Origin: Chiloscyllium plagiosum
Taxonomy: Eukaryota
Length of the DNA stretch: 64,000 nt
NCBI RefSeq assembly: GCF_004010195.1
Contig: NC_057718.1
Coordinates: forward strand, 45,124,894-45,188,893
Direction: 5' to 3'
Positions within the stretch are counted from its first letter, which is position 1. Each line of letters begins with the position of its first letter. Positions 53,601-62,494 of this stretch are shown one piece after another. The notes under the pieces were generated by a model, which was not told the DNA's origin, made no database searches, and worked only from the letters and a program-made list of their open reading frames with translations. The translations under genes and the position numbers were made by a program.

Positions 53601-56600
53601 ACCTGTTGGAAATCCTTTTCCTTATCTTTTAACTTCTGTTCCATGTTGCGTCGTGTACTTTCAGCATTTTGTCTGTGACAACTCAATTCATCAGATACCT
53701 GCTTCAGCTTTTGTTCAACCATCAGACACTAACAAAATCAGAAACAAATATGGATGTGACTTTTATATTCTGGAATGGATTCTAGTACCAATACAAGCAA
53801 GAGCAAATAATTTAAGAAATGTTTAGATTATGGAATATAATGCATAAAATGTGAAATTGAGGTTTCTTATTTGATTTTATGCTACTTATACCTACAAAGA
53901 TAGACAAGTTGATTTCGCAAAAGTTCTCACAGTTAGAGCTTATATCTTGATCAAATCAGGACATGGAATATTTTGCCTTTTGATTAAATAAATCCTCTGT
54001 TCTTAGCTGAAGATGGTGGCTGGAATCTTTCTGAGTGGAGGTGGGCTAGCAAAAATAAATAACATGTAATGCAGGTGAAAAACACCATATCTCTCCCCCA
54101 CCCTGAATTTGTACTTGCAGAGTTACATTTTACTTTGCTCAAAAACTGCATGAATCCATGCAAGATTCTGTAAATCCATTTTTTAGATTAGAATCAGTCT
54201 GACCGTTGTGGCACAGACAGTCTCACACAGGGCAGCTCCCACCTTCAATACATTATCTGGGCAAACATGACATCAATTGTTAAAGTTCACTTGAGAATGT
54301 AACTTTTTTAAAAAAAGGTTTTGCGATTTTCATATGAAAGAACTGAAACCAACATGGTCATTCTAAAAGATGAGAGACTTATCAAACAATCCAGGTCTTT
54401 TTTCAATATATAACTTCAGTTACATCACACTGTAAACTTTTGCGATAAATTCTGTGTCTTACAGTCTTATTCTCCACAACCACCTGATGAAGGAGTAGCG
54501 CTCCGAAAGCCAGTGCTTCCAAATGAACCTGTTAGACTATAACCTAGTGTTGTGTGATTTTTAACTTTGAAGCAAATAAGCATGACAGATAAGAAGGAGA
54601 AAAGCTAACTTGGTAAGATGGGAATAAAATTGAAAAGATAAACTAAAAACAAATACAAAAAGATAAAACAATAAAGAGTAATGTTTAAAACTGATTAATA
54701 GTTCAGTAGCTACCTGAAATAACAACAGAAAATGCTGAAAGCACTCAGCCAGTCAGACAGCATCTGTGCAGAGAGAAACAAAGATTTTTGTTTAGATTAA
54801 TAACCTCTTAGAGTACTGATTCTCAGCTCCAGGACATCTCTGCAGGACCTCCTTAGGAGTGACCTAAACCCAAGCATCCACAGCTTCTTCATCAATGACC
54901 TTCCCTCCATCATAAGGTCAGAATGGAGATGTTCACTGATGATTACACAATGCTCAGCACCATTTGTGACTTCTCAGATACTGTTGCAGCCTATGTTCAA
55001 ATGTAACAAGATCTGGACAATATGCAGGCTTGGGCAGACAAGTAGCAAGTAACATTTGCGCCACACAAATGCCACGCTATGACCATTATCAATAGGAGAC
55101 AATCCAACCATCACCTTCTGACATTCAATGATGTAACCATCACTAAAATCTATACTAACAATAGCCTGGGAATTAATCGTTGACCATAAACTCAAATGGA
55201 TTCATCACATAAACACAATGGCTACAAGACCAGACCAGAGGCTAGGAATACTGCGGCAAGTAACTAATCTTCTGATTCCCAAAAGCCTGTTCTTCACCCA
55301 CAAGGCACAAGACAGGAATGTGATGTAATACTCCCCACTTGCCTGGGTGAGTGTAGCTCCAACAACGCTCAAGAAGCTTGACACCATCCAGGACAAAGCA
55401 GCCCACTTGATTGGCACTACATCCATAAGCATCCACTTCGTCCACCACTAATGCTCAGTAACATCAGTGTGTATCATCTGCAAGATGCAGTGCAGAAATT
55501 CATCAAAGATCCTCAGACAGCACTTTCCAAACCGATGACCACGTTCATCTAGACGGGCAAGGGCAGTATATACATAGTCGAGCGTGTGTTACTGGAAAAG
55601 CACAGCAGGTCAGGCAGCATCCAAGGAGCAGGAGAATCGACGTTTCGGGCAGGAGCCCTTCCTCTGGAATGGGCTTGGGGAGTACAGTGAGAGAGAGATT
55701 CAGTGAGATCTTTGTTGAGATAGGAGGAGAACTTCTTAAAGGTAGGCATCCTTGGAAGAGGCTTTACGGTCAGGTTAAAATCAACTAGGAGAAAGGGAAG
55801 TCTGCAGATGCTGGATATCAGAGTCGAGAGTGTGTTGCTAGAAAAGCTTAGCACATCAGGCAGCATCCAAGGAGCAGGAGAAACGACGTTTTGGGCTGGA
55901 GTCCTTCATCAGGAATGATTCTTGATGCCTTTCCAGCAACACCTTCTCGACTCTGATCTCCAGCATCTGCAGACCTCACTTTCTCCCAGCATATACATAA
56001 GAACACCACTACCTTCAGGTTCCCCTCCTAACTTGTAAACATATCGCTGTTCCTTCACTGCCACTGGGTATAAATCCTGGCATTCTCTCCCTAACAGCAT
56101 TGAGGTCTACCTACAGCGCACGGAATGCACCAGTTCAAGTAGTCAGCCCATCACTACCTTCTCAAAGGCAACTAGGGACAGGCAATAAATGCTGGCCAGC
56201 CAGTGATGCCCACATCCCATAAATCACTACGAAAAAAGACAAAGATTCCATACCTGAATTAATTATTTCTCTCTTCACAGATGCTGGCTGACATGCTAAA
56301 TATTTCCAGCATTTTCTAATATGATTTCAAATTTCAAACATCCACAGTACTTTACTAGTTTTTAAAATCAGGAGAAATATATTCCACTAAAAATCAACAA
56401 ACTAACCAGTAACAATATTCTATGGATGAATAAAGACAAAATGAAACTAAGAAAAACACGTTGGGAAATATGATGTATTTATACATTTAATACTTTTTGC
56501 AATAAAAACTTTGATTTTGCTGTTCTAACTCGAGAGTAATTGTCTCAAACAAATGAACTGCATACTGAAATGACATAGTTTTAAAGAATTCATCCGCTTG

Positions 56601-59600
56601 TTGCAGTCAAACATCAAGTGGTAAAAGGGCAAAACTAGTCTTCCCCTTCTCACCTGGTTATAACAGGATACACTCAGGAATCACTAAAGTAAGCAAATCA
56701 GCTTTAGTAGGTTCATGAGGTAAAGCAACCAAGCACTGGGAAAAAAATTCGCGAAAAAAACTGAAAAGTCAGGGAAGTTAAACTTGAATTCAGGAAAACT
56801 TGGAATGCTATATACTGTTCAGGTAATCTTATTATAAAAATGCAAAAGCAGTAGAATCATTGTGTAAAAAGAAAAGTTTAAAAAGTTAATACCAGAATTG
56901 GTAAGAGTGAGTACAGGAGTTGGAAGGTCATGTTGCGGCTGTACGGGACATTAGTTAGGCCAGTGTTGGAATATTGTGTGCAATTCTGGTCTCCTTCCTA
57001 TTGGAAAGATATTGTGAAACTTGAAAGGGTTCAGAAAAGATTTACAAGGATGTTGCCAGGGTTGGAGGATTTGAGCTATAGGGAGAGATTGAATAGGCTG
57101 GGGCTGTTTTCCCTGGAGCGTCAGAGGCTGAGGGGTGACCTTATAAAGATTTATAAAATGATGAAGGGCATGGATAGGATAAATAGACAAATTATTTTCC
57201 CTAAGGTGAGCCAACACATATCCAGAGGGCATAGGTTTAGGTTGAGAGGGGAAAGATAATAAAAGAGACCTAAGAGACCCCAACTCTTTCATACAGAGCG
57301 TGGTACGTATGTGGAATGAGCTGCCAGAGGAAGTGGTGGAGGCTAGTACAATTTCAACATTTAAAAAGCATCTGGATGGTTATATGAATAGGAAGGGTTT
57401 GGAGGGATATGGGCCAGGTGCTGCCAGTTGGGACTAGATTGGGTTGGGATTTCTGGATGGCATGGACGAGTTGGACCAAAGGGTCTGTTTCCATGTTGTA
57501 GGTCTTTATAAATCTATAAAAACAGATGAGGAGTGACCTGACAGAGATCATTAATATAATAAAAAGGTTTGATCGGGTAGAAAGAGAAAATGTTTCTAAT
57601 GCTGAAGAGGTAGAAAACTAGAGATCAGAAGTACAAGATAATCACTAATAAATACCACAGGGAATTAAGATCCTTCTTTACTCAGAATGGGAAGAATGTG
57701 GAATACAATACTACAAAGAGCATTTTAGGGAAATATAATTGATTCATTGGAGGGATAGCTAGATAATCTTGTAACAAGAATGAAACTTCCTGATATAGTT
57801 AGGAGGAGGAGGATGGGACAAGATTCATGCGAGCATGAATGCTGCCATGGGCCAGCTGGATCAAATGCTTGTTCAGTGTAGTACATTCAATGCAACATTC
57901 TCATAAGATAAACATAAAAATGGAAAATTATTCAATGTCAAACAAGTAGTGTACATGAAAGAATAATGTATAGTTATTGATTTTAAAAACTGAATAAAAT
58001 TAAACGAATTAGCTACATTATAATCATTCTAATTAAAATGACAAATTAGCTTAAAAGTGAATTAATGGATCTTACTGTACCTTTGTACTGGCTTGTTCAC
58101 ACTGTGCAGTTACCTTGGTCAATTCATCTCTGGACTTACTGAGTTTTTGTTCTTTCTCTGAAAGATCTACTTTAGCTTTATCAAACTGGAATTGGATTTC
58201 ATGAAGTTTATTCAGATGATTTTTGATTTCTTTCTCCTGAGTTTTAAGTCGAAATTCCAGATCAGAAACTTTAGTTTGCAGGTCTTCAAAACAAAAAGTG
58301 CACACCTTTCATCAACTCTACAAATTAAGTATAACTGCAGTCCAACAATTAATCATTTATTCTGCTTGAAACATTTCAACACTTAAAACTATTTTATTCA
58401 AGAGCAATATTACAGCTAGTACTAAAACACTTCAGAAAACACAGGGGCATCAGTAGGGTGTACAATAATAGAATGCAGTATATCTCAGGCTATTAGATCC
58501 AAAATTTATATTCAATTTATTATTCTAGCTTGTTGTTCTGATGTGTAAGTCATTATTTTGTAATTGTTCTACAAATGACAAATTTCTGTCAGTCAATACT
58601 TTTCACCTTTCAAACAAGTATAGGTAATTCAATAAAATGAACCATTGTTGAATTTACTAATTTGACGTCATGTTTTATATGGAATTAGAAATTTAAATAA
58701 AAATATTGACAACATTGCGATTTTTAAACTGCTGGCTCATCAGTTATGCTTTCATCCTTATTTTAATAAGTGGCCAACTGTTTGGTAAATGGAAGTATAA
58801 TGTGGGAAAATGTAAAATCGTCAATTTTGTATAAAAAAAGCATATTATCAAAATGATGACAGATTGCAGAGCTCTGAGATACAGATGACTCTGGGTGTCC
58901 TACTGCTTACACCACAGAAAGCTAAAGTGGAAGAAAGCAAATAATTAGGGAAGCTAATGGAATGTTATTTATCATGAGTGGAATTGAATAGAAAAGTAGG
59001 GAGGGTACGCTTCAGTTATGGAGCACTGATGAGACAACATCTGAGCATTGTGTGCAGTATTGATCACCTTATTTAAGATAGGATGTAAGTATGTTGGAAG
59101 CAGTTCAGTGGAACCTTACTCAACTAATACATATTTTTGTCTTGTGAGGAAAGGTTTGGACAGGCTAGGCTGTATCCTCTGGAGTTTATAAGAGGAAGAG
59201 ATGACTTAATTGAAGTAAGAGATCCTGAAGGATTTTGACAGGATAGATGTTGAGAGGATGTGACAGAATCTAGAACTATGGATTGTTGTTTAAAAATTAG
59301 GGGTTGTGCATGTAAAGAGATGAGGCAAAATATTTTCTCACAAAGGCCCATGTGTTTTTGGAACTTACTCTCTGAAAAGGTAATGAAACATTGACGTTTC
59401 AGTATTTTAAAGGTATAAGTAGATAAGCTTATTGCAAGTAAGGGGGCGGAATGGAATCAGATGTTGGTCAATATTCCGACTTATGGTTAAAATCAAATCA
59501 GCCATGATCTAATTAAATAATGGAGCAGGTTTGAGGGCTGAATGACTTACTCCTGCTCCTTATTCATAACATACATTGATAAGACCACATAGTTAAATTT

Positions 59601-61039
59601 AAAACTGGCCAATAATATGACAGCTTCGTGACTAATTTAAGGACTTAGCCAGTGAAATTTTCTCATTGTTATTGAAATCCGTTTTTCTCTGTAAAAATAT
59701 GGACCATCCACTCTTGCACTGATAGCAAAACACTAACAGTTCGAAATGACTGTCAAATTGTGGAACAGAAAATTTAAATCATCATCCAGAAGCTGAAAAT
59801 CATTAACTAAATCAAGTAAGGCACAATGTTAATATTAATTTCAAAAAGAATTAGGATTTCTGAACAAATACGTTGTGGCTGGCATAAAGATGAAGAAAGG
59901 TTGAAAAACATGTCAAGATGAATGACAGGAGTATATAGCAGTCCCAACACAAGATGATGTGGTCACTATGGATCATCATGAGGCCCTAGTGTATTTGAGT
60001 CAAGAGAAGACAATGCTACATAAATAACACAAACATAAAAATGTTGACTTTGCATTACTATGTAGTACACCAGGAAACGAAAAAAGTACAAACGGTAACG
60101 TACTATAACCTGTAAAGAAAACATAAGAATTTCTTATATGCTCAATTAGTTGATTTACTCTAATTCAGGGCAATTAATTTAATGATTTTTAAAAATGCCA
60201 TGGGATAATCAGAAAGATATAGATTTATAATCGGTGTAAAGATTAAATTGCAGAAAATATATATTATTTATCAAATAAAGGATTCTTAGGATTGGATGAA
60301 CTCCTCTTCAATCTTTCGGAGTCTTCATTTAAACCCTGTTATAAATGTCTTCTACAAAATGAATTTGAGTAATCCACATCTTAGTGGATGCAAAGATATA
60401 GTACAAATTGATACTAGTTTGGATGTAGTGAATACTTAACTGTGTGAAAGGTAAAAAGATTTACTCTTATGCAGTACAGAGATCAGTTCTAAAAGTTGAA
60501 TTCAGGGTGCATTACTTAGAATAAAGAATGTTAACTATAAGTAAGAAATTGAAGAACACTGCATCAAAGATTAGAATGATCAAAGTGAGATGGACAAATT
60601 GAGAAGTATATTTAGTGAAATGGGTATAATATTTGTTTGCACACTACTTGTGATCCTCATGCTTTATAGAATTATAAAATTGTTTATGAAAGCAATTTCT
60701 CTCAAAATGGTTAGTTATGAGTAATTACTTTTGGATCACTACAATACCTTGATTTTGTAATTTCAGTTGGTCCTCCTGCTTAGAGGTGTCCACACTGTTA
60801 TTAATCCAGCTTGTTGAGTGTGTAGTCTTTTGCAGTGATTTGGGACAATGCGTCAAGGGAGTTTCTTCTTGGTCCCATTGAAAATTCATGGCAATACCCT
60901 TCTTCATTGGGGTTTCTAGTGAATGAGAGGTTTGGTGACTTGGAGTTTGTTCTTGTTGCCATGGAAATACAAAAGAGGATCGCTGATGTGCCATATTCCG
61001 ATGGCCAGTGGTGCTTTGAGGCTGCGTCTGGTTAGACAA
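1964..61039 (-). CDS. CENPF: Centromere protein F, partial multi-exon gene (15 coding exons in window, 8079 nt, one continuous frame; both ends outside window)
   Basis: The spliced translation is a long coiled coil with recognisable CENP-F motifs: [82 protein letters not shown]...[15 protein letters not shown]. All exons have AG/GT boundaries with compatible phases. Confidence 0.95.
2561..2713 (-). CDS. CENPF: CENPF exon 14-like, copy 3, 153 nt, [51 protein letters not shown]
   Basis: tctttcag|GTA and AAG|gttcag; ORF 2450..2728. Confidence 0.8.
4069..4342 (-). mobile_element. 5'-truncated Penelope-like element (3' end and pLTR), same family as 48141..51750
   Basis: Near-identical to about 48183..48462; 13-bp TSD tatatagatacat at 4056..4068 and 4343..4355; absent from unit B. 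Confidence 0.9.
4107..4146 (-). ncRNA. Minimal type-I hammerhead ribozyme motif
   Basis: CCA-CUGAUGA-U-GUUACCU-AGCC-AGGUAAU-GAAA-CG-UC/UGG. Confidence 0.75.
5486..5835 (+). mobile_element. tRNA-derived SINE with LINE-derived tail (DeuSINE/SacSINE-like, family tentative)
   Basis: A-box-like tggcctagtgg and B-box-like gtttcaaatcc; tail gggcaataaatgctg...cccatgattgaataaaa shared with LINE tails near 41400 and 56200. Confidence 0.65.
6750..7466. mobile_element. Degraded Tc1/mariner (Tigger-like) DNA transposon remnant; paralogous copy at about 12700..13335
   Basis: Ends in ...actatctg-TA; repeated gcaaattcgctgtag and tataacg motifs; boundaries approximate. Confidence 0.4.
8084..8311. mobile_element. 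Tc1/mariner-type MITE, 228 bp, TA target duplication
   Basis: TA-taggcatgccc...gggggatacctg-TA imperfect TIRs; the empty site in unit A (about 1899) has a single TA. Confidence 0.75.
8377..8550 (-). CDS. CENPF: CENPF exon 15-like, copy 2, 174 nt
   Basis: aattttag|TTG and CAG|gtaata; ORF 8359..8550. Confidence 0.8.
8991..9143 (-). CDS. CENPF: CENPF exon 14-like, copy 2, 153 nt, [51 protein letters not shown]
   Basis: tctttcag|GTA and AAG|gttcag; open frame; paralogue of 23098..23250. Confidence 0.8.
9566..10519 (+). mobile_element. 5'-truncated CR1-clade LINE (RT C-terminus and 3' tail), contains an N-gap
   Basis: [33 protein letters not shown]; (ctattgt)n tail; cacat duplicated at both ends; absent from unit A. 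Confidence 0.92.
10223..10274. other. Assembly gap (52 N)
   Basis: Run of N. Confidence 1.
11516..11758 (+). mobile_element. V-SINE (HE1-like) fragment
   Basis: tgtgtggagtttgcacattctc...tgggttt...ctccgg...gcaggttaggtgaattggcc core followed by a CR1-like tail; present in unit B only. Confidence 0.75.
13795..14693 (+). mobile_element. Rex1/Babar-type non-LTR retrotransposon, degraded 3' fragment
   Basis: Remnants of [24 protein letters not shown], and HP...[28 protein letters not shown]-rich tail aataataaatcaaatcaa. Confidence 0.8.
14745..15260 (-). mobile_element. Degraded CR1 LINE 3' fragment
   Basis: Reverse-complement similarity to other CR1 3' regions in the window. Confidence 0.6.
15800..15937 (-). 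CDS. CENPF: CENPF exon 16-like, 138 nt, [46 protein letters not shown]
   Basis: Read manually. atttgttag|CAT and AAG|gtaaaa; resembles the CENP-F segment YEVEIQTYREKL...KEELN. Confidence 0.85.
17575..17708 (+). mobile_element. CR1 3' tail fragment
   Basis: atgggccaag...ggtggggctagtttag...tatgactctatga, matching the tails near 26700 and 45400. Confidence 0.6.
18769..18795. other. Assembly gap (27 N)
   Basis: Run of N. Confidence 1.
18887..18926 (+). ncRNA. Minimal type-I hammerhead ribozyme motif
   Basis: GCA-CUGAUGA-U-GUCGCCU-AGCC-AGGGGAC-GAAA-CG-UU/UGC. Confidence 0.75.
19768..19941 (-). CDS. CENPF: CENPF exon 15 equivalent, copy 1, 174 nt, [15 protein letters not shown]...[11 protein letters not shown]
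   Basis: atctctag|TTG and CAG|gtaact; phase 0-0. Confidence 0.9.
21338..21600. repeat. Direct repeat copy 1 (about 265 bp; partner at 22749..23019)
   Basis: Collinear from ctttgtgtg..gagactttgagtgagcactgtag to atatatttggaactttta. Confidence 0.85.
21880..22132 (+). mobile_element. CR1 3' tail fragment
   Basis: aatttcttcactcagag...aatggcctactcct motif shared with 10275..10520. Confidence 0.7.
22749..23019. repeat. Direct repeat copy 2
   Basis: See 21338..21600. Confidence 0.85.
23098..23250 (-). CDS. CENPF: CENPF exon 14 equivalent, copy 1, 153 nt, [51 protein letters not shown]
   Basis: tcttgtag|GTT and AAG|gttcag; phase 0-0. Confidence 0.9.
26190..26810 (+). mobile_element. CR1 LINE 3' fragment
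   Basis: Degraded LVRLHLEY and [22 protein letters not shown]1 tail. Confidence 0.85.
27010..29316 (-). CDS. CENPF: CENPF large exon (exon 13 equivalent), 2307 nt, contains the CENP-F leucine-zipper-type segment
   Basis: Lies within ORF 27004..29316. tttttcag|TTG and CAG|gtataa; motif [25 protein letters not shown]. Confidence 0.95.
30222..33865 (-). CDS. CENPF: CENPF giant exon (exon 12 equivalent), 3644 nt coiled coil
   Basis: Lies within ORF 30198..33914. ctttttag|GT AAG AAC (phase 1) and CATAAG|gtgaat. Confidence 0.95.
34720..37230 (+). mobile_element. Degraded CR1 LINE ORF2 (APE endonuclease plus RT) and tail
   Basis: [10 protein letters not shown]...[34 protein letters not shown] remnants with many stops and frameshifts. 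Confidence 0.85.
35597..35632. repeat. (TG)n microsatellite followed by a poly-G run
   Basis: Direct reading. Confidence 0.9.
37480..38370 (+). mobile_element. Scattered, highly degraded CR1 fragments
   Basis: Partial similarity to CR1 ORF2 3' regions. Confidence 0.45.
38371..39610 (-). mobile_element. CR1 LINE 3' portion (RT)
   Basis: [17 protein letters not shown]...[14 protein letters not shown]; tail at about 38371. Confidence 0.9.
40440..41415 (+). mobile_element. SINE head plus internally deleted LINE (CR1/L2 group) sharing the 5486..5835 tail
   Basis: Similar to 5486..5770 in its 5' part and to 55370..56230 in its 3' part. Confidence 0.65.
42531..42666 (-). CDS. CENPF: CENPF exon (exon 11 equivalent), 136 nt, [45 protein letters not shown]
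   Basis: Read manually. aattacag|AGT and AAAA|gtaaac; phase 0 to 1. Confidence 0.92.
42935..45150 (+). mobile_element. Degraded CR1 LINE ORF2 and tail
   Basis: WRVANVTP-like, [16 protein letters not shown] and SKFADDTKL remnants; tail aatggcctactcctgcacc. Confidence 0.9.
45170..45485 (+). mobile_element. CR1 3' tail fragment
   Basis: aggtgagaggagaaagattta...tatgactct. Confidence 0.75.
46205..46327 (-). CDS. CENPF: CENPF exon (exon 10 equivalent), 123 nt, [41 protein letters not shown]
   Basis: Read manually. aattacag|GTA and GAA|gtaaga. Confidence 0.92.
46705..46833 (-). CDS. CENPF: CENPF exon (exon 9 equivalent), 129 nt, [43 protein letters not shown]
   Basis: Read manually. tttcaaag|GAG and AAA|gtatgt. 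Confidence 0.93.
46930..48030 (+). mobile_element. Degraded LINE (CR1/L2 group) 3' region, interrupted by short tRNA-like SINE fragments at about 47015..47217
   Basis: Collinear with 54820..55560 and with the reverse complement of 62490..63480. Confidence 0.7.
48222..48261 (-). ncRNA. Minimal hammerhead motif in the inverted pLTR (one stem-II mismatch)
   Basis: CCA-CUGAUGA-U-GUUACCU-AGCC-AGAUAAU-GAAA-CG-UC/UGG. Confidence 0.7.
49727..50004. mobile_element. Nested fold-back mini-element: perfect 69-bp inverted repeat plus tandemly repeated ~80-bp tail
   Basis: Arms 49729..49797 and 49817..49885; 14-bp TSD tcatcc(t/a)gaacaga at 49713..49726 and 50005..50018. Confidence 0.9.
49779..49813 (-). 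ncRNA. Minimal type-I hammerhead ribozyme motif (intact core)
   Basis: CAC-CUGAUGA-A-GGAGC-GUC-GCUCC-GAAA-GC-UA/GUG; palindromic AGCU at stem III. Confidence 0.8.
51709..51748 (+). ncRNA. Minimal hammerhead motif in the Penelope 3' pLTR
   Basis: CCA-CUGAUGA-C-GUUACCU-AGCC-AGGUAAU-GAAA-CG-UC/UGG. Confidence 0.75.
52160..52279 (-). mobile_element. Short Penelope-tail-like repeat with a decayed hammerhead (52247..52279)
   Basis: GUC-CUGAAGA-A-GGGC-UAC-ACCC-AAAA-UG-UU/GAC; changes fit CpG decay of CGAAACG. Confidence 0.6.
53603..53728 (-). CDS. CENPF: CENPF exon (exon 8 equivalent), 126 nt, [42 protein letters not shown]
   Basis: Not in the ORF track; read manually. ttttgttag|TGT and CAG|gtgata. 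Confidence 0.93.
54110..54568 (+). mobile_element. Longer copy of the 49727 family (pLTR-like) with a mutated hammerhead at 54481..54515
   Basis: CAC-CUGAUGA-A-GGAGU-AGC-GCUCC-GAAA-GC-CA-GUG, followed by the same tail as 49817..49890; 5' boundary approximate. Confidence 0.7.
54815..56236 (+). mobile_element. LINE (CR1/L2 group) 3' region with nested hammerhead-family inserts at about 55577..55987
   Basis: RT remnants ([13 protein letters not shown]); tail ctcaaaggcaactagggacaggcaataaatgctgg. Confidence 0.8.
55577..55987 (-). mobile_element. Two tandem copies and a short inverted arm of the 63522 family, with decayed hammerhead cores
   Basis: ctggaaaagcacagcaggtcaggcagcatccaaggagcaggagaatcgacgtttcggg occurs twice (second copy diverged); 55787..55845 is inverted at 55930..55987. 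Confidence 0.7.
56905..57510 (+). mobile_element. CR1 LINE 3' fragment
   Basis: [19 protein letters not shown]...[15 protein letters not shown]...[11 protein letters not shown]. Confidence 0.92.
58081..58283 (-). CDS. CENPF: CENPF exon (exon 7 equivalent), 203 nt, [14 protein letters not shown]...QCEQASTK
   Basis: ttttgaag|AC and AAG|gtacag; phase 1 to 0. Confidence 0.93.
58770..59562 (+). mobile_element. Degraded CR1 LINE 3' fragment
   Basis: Collinear with other CR1 3' ends; tail aatgacttactcctgctcct. Confidence 0.75.
60748..61039 (-). CDS. CENPF: CENPF exon (human exon 6 equivalent), 292 nt, LSNQTQPQ...[12 protein letters not shown]...QLKLQNQ
   Basis: Acceptor tttttcag|TTG and donor CAAG|gtattg; phase 0 to 1; N-terminal CENP-F motif. 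Confidence 0.92.
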
Positions 61040-62494
61040 CTGAAAAATGGGAAAAAAAATTCAATTCAGAAAGGAGTTCTCTAACAAGTGCTCTACTTTT
61101 AAATATGTTTGTTAATCTGAAACTGAGAACACTCCTATTGCTGTATGGATTTTAATTTATAGTCAGCATAGATATAAACCAGATTACAAAAGCAGGAAAG
61201 TGTATTCATTCATTGTACAATCCAGGTCATCAGGAAAGTGTCTTGCTACATTAGAGATGAGAACTATCAAGAACTACCACAATATTACTCAGCATTTATA
61301 TGAAATTTCTAAAATGGACTATATTGCAAAGTGCTTCAAAAAGGTATAACAAAAAAAATTGCCACCAAACCAAAGAAAATTAAGGGGGAGGAGCTAAAGC
61401 ATTGTTAAAGAGCTGAATTTTAACAAGGATCCTAAAGGAGCATAGGGATGTGGAAAGGCTGAGAGCTCAGAGACAGAATTGCAGAGCATGGAGCCTAAGT
61501 ATCTGAACACAGAGCTGCCAGTGGACGGAAAGGACAGGAGGTTTTCAAACTAGGTTTAGTAGAATGAACTGTAGAATCAATTGTATGATTGGCGTATCGT
61601 ACAGAAATACAATAGTTTAGCAATGAGGGCATTGAAAGATGAGAACAAACAAATATCCAATATAAATGTCCTATCTTGGTATTTTTTGCCGGATCCTGCA
61701 GGGTACTCACCTTACTAATGTCTTTGTTGTGTCAGTCATTTGAACCATTTGACTTGGTCACTAGACCAATAATCATTACCACATTCTGCCAACACCTTGC
61801 CCCTGAGTGAAGCCTCCCCTCCAAACAAGGCTTTTGAGAAACTGCTTGCCAAATCACTACAGTGTTGGTGTGGCTTTTAACCACCAACTTATACTTTAGT
61901 CTCACTTCTCCTACTCCATTGGCTCTATCCCCTGTTGAACAAGTCACCATTCCTCCCTTTAAAACCATGGTTTCTTCCCTCACTTTAAGCCCCAACAAAT
62001 GTATCTCACTAAATTATACTCCAAATTCCACCTTCCCATCCTCAAAAACTCATTACTGCTCCTCTGAATTCACTGCCTCCACCATCCCCACAGTCCATAC
62101 AAAAGGTCTCTTTCATACAAGTCCTTCTACCCATTCTTACTGTCAGCCTCTTAAAATTACCCAGTGTCCATTTCCATCATCTCAAATTAATGTAGCATCT
62201 CCAAATGCTTCATTGTCACTTTTGGCAGCCACAACCCTAACTCCATTACCGGGCCAACCTAAAATTACTGTCAGTGTTTCCAGTCAGCTGTGGATGCATG
62301 CAACTGCACACTCAGAGGGTCCTATGTAAGATGCTGTGGATGCAGTGTATACAAAATTGAAAAGTACCATGCATTAATACTAAGAAACCAAGTACAATGA
62401 AAACATTTAGAGGGAACATTGCTTTCAGCTGTATTTTTCATCTCAACTTTCTAGCTTTTGGCTCTCCAATTTCCCCAACACGCAATTGTTTTTT

